From assembly GCA_902778145.1 (NCBI GenBank), contig CACYWW010000005.1, positions 65,013-129,012 on the forward strand: DNA of 64,000 bases, in the 5' to 3' direction. This document shows, one piece after another, positions 58,140 through 64,000 of the stretch. Within the stretch, counting starts at the first letter, position 1. Each line of letters starts with the position of its first letter. A program made the position numbers and the translations under genes. The notes under the pieces are model-generated. The model was not told where the DNA came from. It saw only the letters and a program-made list of their open reading frames with translations, and ran no database searches. This stretch comes from an uncultured Ruminococcus sp. (lineage in GTDB: Bacteria; Bacillota; Clostridia; Oscillospirales; CAG-272).

Positions 58140-60032
58140 CTATTCAGACACGATGCGGAAAAGCGTTGTGATGTCCTTGTTGTTCACGGTCCCGTCTCCG
58201 TTCACGTCAGCGGCGGAAACGTCGAATCCTTCATACGCCTCGCCCGAGAGATAACGGAAGAGGACGACAACGTCGCGGTTGTTGAGCGCGCCGTCGCCGT
58301 TCACGTCGCCCTTGAGGGGCTCGTCCTCCTGCGGGACAGCCTCCCACAGCGCGTACAGCGTTACGTTCCCGCTCCCGTGAGCCTCACGCAGCGCCCCGAT
58401 CGTTACGGGCGCGCCGTCCGGAGTCTCCGACCAGCCTTTGAATTCCATGCCGGAAAACTTCAGTCCGAGATCGTCGTGGTCGAGCAGGGACGAGTCGCCG
58501 TCTATTATCTGCTCGAGCCGCTCGCCGGTCGACGTGACGTATATATCCGATCCGTTGCCGCCGAGGCAGTAAACTCCGCCGTTTATCTGTTCAACGATGC
58601 TGCAGAAGTCCGACACCGCCGACCACCCGGTGTATTCGCCGAATTTTACCTTCGCCCAGGTATATCCGCCCTTTTCCACTTTCGCGGTACTGTCGTAAAC
58701 GTCGAAAAGACTGTCCGCCTTCATCGTTACGATCTTTTTGTTTTCCGTGCCCGGCGCCTCGCGGATTATCAGTCCGTCGTACGCCGTTACCTTATATCTG
58801 TCTCCGAGCCTGCCGCTTTCGGTATATCCGCCGTTGGCGTTATAGCTGACAGTCAGTCTTTCGGGATCGGGATCTGCTCCCGTATCGCTCCCCTGCTCTT
58901 CCGGCGGATCCTTTTCCTTTACCGCATAGAGCACGACGCTCTTTCCCGAGTACGAGTTGAAAAGCTCCTCGGTCGAAACGGGATCTCCGTCCGGCGATAG
59001 CGACCATCCGACAGCGTCCTTATCATCGAAATGAAGTCCCATGGACGCGGGATCGTCGGGCGCCGCACCGTTTTCAAGCGTGCGTATCAAAAGTTCGCCG
59101 TCGGATGACGTACGTATCAGCGACGTTTCCGAATCGACGAAACGATCCGTGTCGTAAAGCGGGCATTTTACCCGGCAGAAATCGGGATCGGAGACGGCGG
59201 ACCAGCCCTCGTACTCTCCGAAGACGACCTTTGCCCACGTATATCCGCCGACCTCCGGGCGCTCGTATCCGTCCGGTGCGTGGAATATCGAGCCGTATCT
59301 CATCGTCGTTATCTTGTTCGCCTGAGTACCGGGTGCGTCCCTTATTATGAGTCCCTCGGCCGTCACGACCGAGTAGACGTCTCCGGTGCGTACGCAGTCA
59401 ATCCGTGCTCCGTTCGCGTTGTACGACACGGATACGGTGTCATCCGGTATCTGCTCCGGCTCGTCGTCCCAGTATTTATAGTGTGCGACAAAGCCTATAT
59501 AGTTCGAATCGCTTTCGAGCGCGCGGTCTATCCTGTCCGTCAGCTTTTCCCAAGTCATCTGAGCGTTGTGGCGGACGGTGTTCCGATGATCGTTGTTCGC
59601 GTCCGAGAAATAAACGTATCTGTCATCCATACCGGTGATGAAGATCGAATGATCGGCAGCGGCGGAGCTTCTGTATCTGACGACATCCCCGATATGAAGA
59701 CTTGCGAGCGCCTCAGATCCGCGGTTTATCTCCCAGTTGTTCGAATACAGCTTTTTACCTGACCCGTACGCCGTAGGGAACGACCCGAATATGTATTTTG
59801 AGATCTGATTTGCAAAGCCGAAGCACTGTGAGCCGCGGTACTCGGGTACATTGTCCACGTACGTCGACCCGTTCGCGTAGACGTTTTCACGAAATGACGC
59901 AAGCCTTTCTTCAAAGAGAGACTTCGTCATATCGGATGACGCGGCAAAAACGCCGTAAGGCAGCGCCGTCATGACGAGCAGGACAGCGGCGAAAACGGCT
60001 GTTATCCTTATTCCGAATTTTTTGTTTTTCAT
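58140..60032 (-). CDS. secreted dockerin-containing protein with papain-like (Cys/His) N-domain and two SH3b-like-containing repeats
   Basis: Signal peptide, then 'GSQCFGFANQ' ... 'DHSIFITG'. 'GGYTWAKV(V/K)FGEY(E/T)GWSAVSD' is duplicated. The C-terminal dockerin pair is 'DVNGDGALNNRDVVVL' and 'DVNGDGTVNNKDITTL'. Confidence 0.8.
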   Translation of the reverse strand: MKNKKFGIRITAVFAAVLLVMTALPYGVFAASSDMTKSLFEERLASFRENVYANGSTYVDNVPEYRGSQCFGFANQISKYIFGSFPTAYGSGKKLYSNNWEINRGSEALASLHIGDVVRYRSSAAADHSIFITGMDDRYVYFSDANNDHRNTVRHNAQMTWEKLTDRIDRALESDSNYIGFVAHYKYWDDEPEQIPDDTVSVSYNANGARIDCVRTGDVYSVVTAEGLIIRDAPGTQANKITTMRYGSIFHAPDGYERPEVGGYTWAKVVFGEYEGWSAVSDPDFCRVKCPLYDTDRFVDSETSLIRTSSDGELLIRTLENGAAPDDPASMGLHFDDKDAVGWSLSPDGDPVSTEELFNSYSGKSVVLYAVKEKDPPEEQGSDTGADPDPERLTVSYNANGGYTESGRLGDRYKVTAYDGLIIREAPGTENKKIVTMKADSLFDVYDSTAKVEKGGYTWAKVKFGEYTGWSAVSDFCSIVEQINGGVYCLGGNGSDIYVTSTGERLEQIIDGDSSLLDHDDLGLKFSGMEFKGWSETPDGAPVTIGALREAHGSGNVTLYALWEAVPQEDEPLKGDVNGDGALNNRDVVVLFRYLSGEAYEGFDVSAADVNGDGTVNNKDITTLFRIVSE

Positions 60033-60183
60033 ATCCCCATCTGTTTTTCCGCGTACTTTTCGCGGTGCGAGAGCTTGTCGGTTTTTGTCGCTATATTACA
60101 TTTATAACATATTTTTTACGAATTGTCAACCTTTTCCGGGGTAAAAAGACGCGCGTGAGGGCAAAAAACGGCGGTATTTTTTC

Positions 60184-60604
60184 AAAAAACGCCGACTTGC
60201 GGTGTACTTCGTAAGGAAGTACACCGCAGCTAAATTCGCTTCGCGAGCTAAATTATGCTTCGCATAGCTAAATTCGCTCCGCGAGCTGAATTCGGCTTCG
60301 CCGAGCTTGCAGGCAAATTTAATTTAGCTGAAGCCGTGAGGCTTCAATTTAGCTATACGCCGACAGGCGTATAATTTAGCTGCCGCAAAGCGGCAATTTA
60401 GCTGCCGCAAAGCGGCAATTTAGCTATCGATGGCAGTGAGATAATTTAGCTGCGAGCGACTGCGAGCAATTTAGCTGTTTTCAAATTCATTCTTAATATC
60501 AAAGCGGTTAGAACAAGCTGAAAGAAAATAACCCACTATGACACTTTCTCTATTCGAAAGATGTCAAAGTGGGTTTGTTTCTTCTTTACGTCGCCTCTCC
60601 CTTC
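60184..60604 (+). repeat. composite structured repeat element, copy 2
   Basis: Same 12-bp GNRA hairpin (60199-60227). Three exact and one 1-mismatch AGCTAAATT (60228, 60246, 60266, 60284). Seven exact AATTTAGCT (60321, 60346, 60373, 60395, 60417, 60443, 60468). Same AT-rich tail and terminal hairpin plus T-tract (60530-60588). Confidence 0.9.
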
Positions 60605-60671
60605 CGGCAAATTTTTGCGCCGGACGTATGATAAATATTTTCAATACGGGCAAGTTTTTTTTGAAATACTA

Positions 60672-60700
60672 TTGATTTTTTTCATTTTATGTGATATAAT
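60672..60700 (+). promoter_or_regulatory. promoter of rimP-nusA-ylxR-ylxQ-infB
   Basis: TTGATT, 17 nt, TATAAT with TGa extended -10. The leader contains hairpin gggtgtgg/ccacaccc. Confidence 0.6.
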
Positions 60701-60763
60701 ACATTGACAGTATGATAGAAGGAGGGTGTGGTTCGGTGCCACACCCTATTATAATGGAGGAGC

Positions 60764-61252
60764 ATGAAAAAGAACATCACACAGATCTGTGAGGAGCTTG
60801 CGGAGCCTGTTGCGGAAAAGCTCGGCTATGTCATATGGGACACGGAATACGTAAAGGAAGGCGGCAGATACATTCTCCGCTACACGATAGACCGTGACGG
60901 CGGCGTCGGCATAGATGACTGCGAAAGGTTCCACCGCGAGATAGATCCTCTGCTCGATGAGGCGGATCCGATCGAGGAGAGCTACACGCTTGAGGTATCC
61001 TCCCCGGGTATCGAGCGCGAGCTGAAATACGAATGGCATTACGAATGCTGCACGGGTGACACGGTCGAGGTCCACCTTTACAAGCCGTACGAGGGCAGCA
61101 AGCTTTATATCGGCGAGCTTTTGCCGCTCGACGAAAACGTGAATATAGAAGCCGACGGAAAGAAATACTCTTTTCCGAGAAGCTCCGTCTCAAAAGTAAA
61201 CATATATTTTGATATCAAATCGATAAACCAGGAGGAAAACGGAAAAAAATGA
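60764..61252 (+). CDS. rimP: ribosome maturation factor RimP
   Basis: 'LEVSSPGIEREL' hallmark and its position upstream of nusA. Confidence 0.9.
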   Translation: MKKNITQICEELAEPVAEKLGYVIWDTEYVKEGGRYILRYTIDRDGGVGIDDCERFHREIDPLLDEADPIEESYTLEVSSPGIERELKYEWHYECCTGDTVEVHLYKPYEGSKLYIGELLPLDENVNIEADGKKYSFPRSSVSKVNIYFDIKSINQEENGKK

Positions 61253-62271
61253 ACGCGGAATTATTCAGCGCGCTTGACGCTTTGGAAAAAGAAAAGGGCA
61301 TATCGAAGGAATATATGCTCGATAAGGTAGAAACGGCGCTCATCAACGCATTCACGAAGGCGTTCCCCGGCGGAGACATCAGAGTCCTGCTCGATCCGGA
61401 AAAGAAGGAATGCAAGGTCTTTCGCGTAAAGACGGTCGTCGCCGAGGTCGAGGATCCCGAAAAAGAGATCAGCCTTGAGGAAGCCAAGAAGATCAGCCGC
61501 AAGCACGTGCTGGGCAGCCTCGTCAAGGAAGAGATAAAGACGAAGAACTTCAGCCGCACGGTCGCACAGTCCGCAAAGCAGGTCATAATCCAGGGCATAC
61601 GCGAGGCGGAGCGCGGCAAGCTGTTCGACGAGTACGAAAAGAAGCGTGAGGAGATAATCAACGCCACGGTCGAGCTCGTAGACCCGGATACCGGTTCCAT
61701 CATCGTGAACCTCGGCAACAGCAACGCCGTACTGATCAAAAACGAGCAGATCCCCGGCGAAACCTACGAGCCCGGCGATCACATCAAGGTCTTCGTCACC
61801 GAAGTAAGCAAAGAGGCGAAGGGCAGGCTCGTAACGATATCCCGCGTACACCCCGGTCTCGTCAGACGCCTGTTCGAACTCAACGTGCCCGAGATCGCGG
61901 ACGGCACGGTAATAATCAAGAACATCACCCGCGAGGCGGGTTCAAGGACAAAAATGTCCGTATATTCACGTGATGAATCGGTCGATCCGATCGGCGCCTG
62001 CATAGGCAACAAGGGCGCGCGTATCGCGGAGATAGTGAATGAGCTCCACGGCGAAAAGATAGATATAATCAAATACTCGGAGGATCCCGCCGAATACATT
62101 TCCGCGGCGCTCTCCCCCGCCACCGTCAAGAGCATAGTGTTCGACGGTGAACGTTCGGCTAAGATAACGGTCGCTCCCGATCAGCTTTCGCTTGCGATAG
62201 GCAAGGAAGGACAGAACGCGCGTCTCGCCGCCAGGCTCACCGGCTGCAAGATAGACATAAAGGCGGAATAA
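61249..62271 (+). CDS. nusA: transcription termination/antitermination factor NusA
   Basis: NTD, S1 ('GD.I...V') and KH1/KH2 ('DPIGACIG.KGARI', 'LAIGKEGQNARLA'). Confidence 0.95.
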   Translation: MNAELFSALDALEKEKGISKEYMLDKVETALINAFTKAFPGGDIRVLLDPEKKECKVFRVKTVVAEVEDPEKEISLEEAKKISRKHVLGSLVKEEIKTKNFSRTVAQSAKQVIIQGIREAERGKLFDEYEKKREEIINATVELVDPDTGSIIVNLGNSNAVLIKNEQIPGETYEPGDHIKVFVTEVSKEAKGRLVTISRVHPGLVRRLFELNVPEIADGTVIIKNITREAGSRTKMSVYSRDESVDPIGACIGNKGARIAEIVNELHGEKIDIIKYSEDPAEYISAALSPATVKSIVFDGERSAKITVAPDQLSLAIGKEGQNARLAARLTGCKIDIKAE

Positions 62272-62272
62272 C

Positions 62273-62542
62273 ATGGAACCGAAAAAGCCTCCCATGAGGC
62301 ACTGCACCGGATGCGGCGCGGAGCTGCCGAAAAAGGAGCTCATCCGCATCGTCCGCTCGCCGGACGGCGTGATATCGGTCGACGGCAACGGAAAAAGCTC
62401 CGGTCGCGGCGCGTACATCTGCAAAAAGGCGTCGTGTCTTTCGAAGGCGGCGAAGACTGGCAGGCTCGGCAGATCGCTCGGGGTACAGATCCCGGACAAC
62501 GTTTACGCGCTTCTCTCACAGGAGATCGGCGGAAATGAGTGA
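62273..62542 (+). CDS. ylxR: YlxR/RnpM family protein (DUF448)
   Basis: 'R.C.GC....K.ELIRIV', 'GRGAY.C' and its position after nusA. Confidence 0.88.
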   Translation: MEPKKPPMRHCTGCGAELPKKELIRIVRSPDGVISVDGNGKSSGRGAYICKKASCLSKAAKTGRLGRSLGVQIPDNVYALLSQEIGGNE

Positions 62543-62846
62543 CAGGATACTCTCCTGCGTCGGCCTCTGCAGGAAAGCCGGGAAGCTGATCGCCGGGACG
62601 GAGCTGACGGTCGAGGCGATAAGGGGCGGAAAAATAAAGCTTGCCCTGCTCTCGTCCGACGCGTCGCGCAACACCGAAAAGCGGATCGGCGACTGCTGCT
62701 CGTACAGGCAGACAGAGCTTATCAGGCTTCCGTATACGTCGGAGGCGCTCGGCGCCGCGGTCGGCAAAGCAAGCACGGCGTCAGCCGGAATCACCGACGT
62801 CGGTTTCGCTGAAATGATAAAGAAAGCACTTCAAGAACAGCACTAA
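62535..62846 (+). CDS. ylxQ: L7Ae-family RNA-binding protein YlxQ
   Basis: 'GLCRKAGKL..G' and its position between ylxR and infB. Confidence 0.85.
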   Translation: MSDRILSCVGLCRKAGKLIAGTELTVEAIRGGKIKLALLSSDASRNTEKRIGDCCSYRQTELIRLPYTSEALGAAVGKASTASAGITDVGFAEMIKKALQEQH

Positions 62847-62901
62847 TTCATATGAAAGGAGCCGCATGCGGTCAGGACCGCGGCGCGGCAAGGGGACATA
62901 T

Positions 62902-64000
62902 ATGATCGCAAACGCAAAATACAAGATCAACGCAATAGCCAAGGATCTCGGGCTCAAGGCAAACGATCTGATAAACATACTGAAGGCTCATCCGGGTGAG
63001 GGCGCGGTACACACCTCGGCGATAGACGAGGAGGATTTTGCCGTTATCTTCTCCGCTCTGACCGAGGAAAATCAGATCACCGGTCTTGAGGACTATCTCG
63101 CCGGCCGCGTAGACGTCGCGCCGGAGCACCGTCCGGCGCCGAAAAAGAAGCCGGAGCCTCCGAAGAAGGAGGAGGTCGCGGAAACGAAGCCCGAGGAGCA
63201 TAAGAAGCAGCCCGAAAAGGCGGCGGAGCCCGTAAAAACGGAAAAAGAGGAGAAAAAGCCTCAGCAGAACAACGCTCCGAAGAAAGAAGAACAAAAGCCG
63301 CAGAACCGTGTGGATCAGTTCCGCAATCAGCAGCAGAAGCAGCAGCAGAAACAGCAGCAGAAGCAACCCGACAAAAAGCGCGAGAACAGACCGAACGAGA
63401 AGGAGCGTCAGTCGAAGATCATCACGCAGAGCGGCGGCGGTCACGGTGAGAGCACTCCCGTAAAGCAGAAGACGAGGATAATCGACACGAGGTCCGCGAA
63501 CGTCGAGCTCGGCAAATATGACGAGCATCTGGACACGTTCGTATCCGAGCGCGACAGCAGCAATTACAGCAAGGACCGTCAGAAGATAAAGAAGAAGAAC
63601 GAAAAAGGTCCGGAAAAGGGCACCAAAGCGAAGACCGAGCGCGATAAAGAGCTTGAGCGCAAGGAGAAGAAGAAGCGCGAGGTGTTCGAGAACGCGAAGC
63701 ACGCGCAGCTCCACGTACAGATCCCGGACGCCATCACCGTAGGCGAGCTTGCGTCCCGTCTGAAGGTAACGGCGGCGGAGGTCGTGAAGCGTCTTATGAT
63801 GATGGGCTCCATGCTCACCGTCAACGACGTCGTCGACTACGACACCGCTTATCTCATAGCGGACGATCTCGGCGTCGCGGTATCGAAGGAGGTCGTCGTC
63901 ACGATCGAGGAGAAGCTCTTCGACGAGACGGAGGACAAACCGGAGGATCTCAAGGAACGCGCTCCCGTCGTCTGCGTCATGGGTCACGTCGACCACGGCA
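62902..64000 (+). CDS. infB: translation initiation factor IF-2, N-terminal part (3' end outside window)
   Basis: It is not in the ORF track because no stop occurs before the edge. ATG 62902 follows AAGGGGA. A K/E/Q/P-rich linker leads to 'ITVGELA..L', and the sequence ends at the G1 motif '...VVCVMGHVDHG'. Confidence 0.92.
   Translation, partial: MIANAKYKINAIAKDLGLKANDLINILKAHPGEGAVHTSAIDEEDFAVIFSALTEENQITGLEDYLAGRVDVAPEHRPAPKKKPEPPKKEEVAETKPEEHKKQPEKAAEPVKTEKEEKKPQQNNAPKKEEQKPQNRVDQFRNQQQKQQQKQQQKQPDKKRENRPNEKERQSKIITQSGGGHGESTPVKQKTRIIDTRSANVELGKYDEHLDTFVSERDSSNYSKDRQKIKKKNEKGPEKGTKAKTERDKELERKEKKKREVFENAKHAQLHVQIPDAITVGELASRLKVTAAEVVKRLMMMGSMLTVNDVVDYDTAYLIADDLGVAVSKEVVVTIEEKLFDETEDKPEDLKERAPVVCVMGHVDHG

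Noticed and set aside
62872-63996. 374-aa minus-strand ORF rich in L/R/V runs
   Set aside because: It is the antisense shadow of the K/E/Q-rich infB N-terminal region. infB on the plus strand has an RBS, the expected operon position and ends in the GHVDHG G1 motif. The minus ORF is pure low complexity.

Overview
Chromosomal segment, visibly high in G+C, from a spore-forming Clostridia-type Firmicute. This is inferred from spoIIGA-sigE, a dockerin protein, an L27 propeptide with Prp, and Gram-positive operon layouts. No rRNA, tRNA, CRISPR, transposase, integrase or phage genes were found. Core blocks are: trkH'-trkA-trkH; an FMN riboswitch with ribU; the str operon (L7Ae-rpsL-rpsG-fusA-tuf, minus strand); an M16 peptidase pair-lgt-folD; rplU-prp-rpmA; pyrG; cca; secG-rnr; hflX-yigZ; rpmE; spoIIGA-sigE; and rimP-nusA-ylxR-ylxQ-infB' (infB runs off the 3' edge). 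Accessory content is concentrated at about 13.5-26.5 kb (surface proteins) and about 36.6-46 kb. Three things deserve follow-up. (1) A stand-alone reverse transcriptase (43502-44689) follows a 174-aa ORF and a spacer bracketed by a 16/17-nt inverted repeat. By eye it fits neither group II intron, classical retron nor DGR signatures. (2) A roughly 0.4-kb composite structured element occurs twice in direct orientation (45638-46012 and 60184-60604). It consists of a 12-bp GNRA hairpin, two opposed arrays of the 9-mer AGCTAAATT separated by mini-hairpins whose stems co-vary, and a conserved AT-rich tail ending in a long hairpin plus U-tract. Module number differs between the two copies. (3) Six tandem, individually promoted and terminated genes (20687-26546) encode mosaic secreted proteins. 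They share an MKKILA signal peptide and a nearly nucleotide-identical C-terminal NPxTAD-hydrophobic-KKVR sorting-like signal, and no sortase is present in the window. Also notable are an AraC-controlled short glycyl-radical enzyme/activase/Zn-ADH operon and an AT-rich single-gene islet. All calls rest on reading the sequence and ORF translations; no database search was run.
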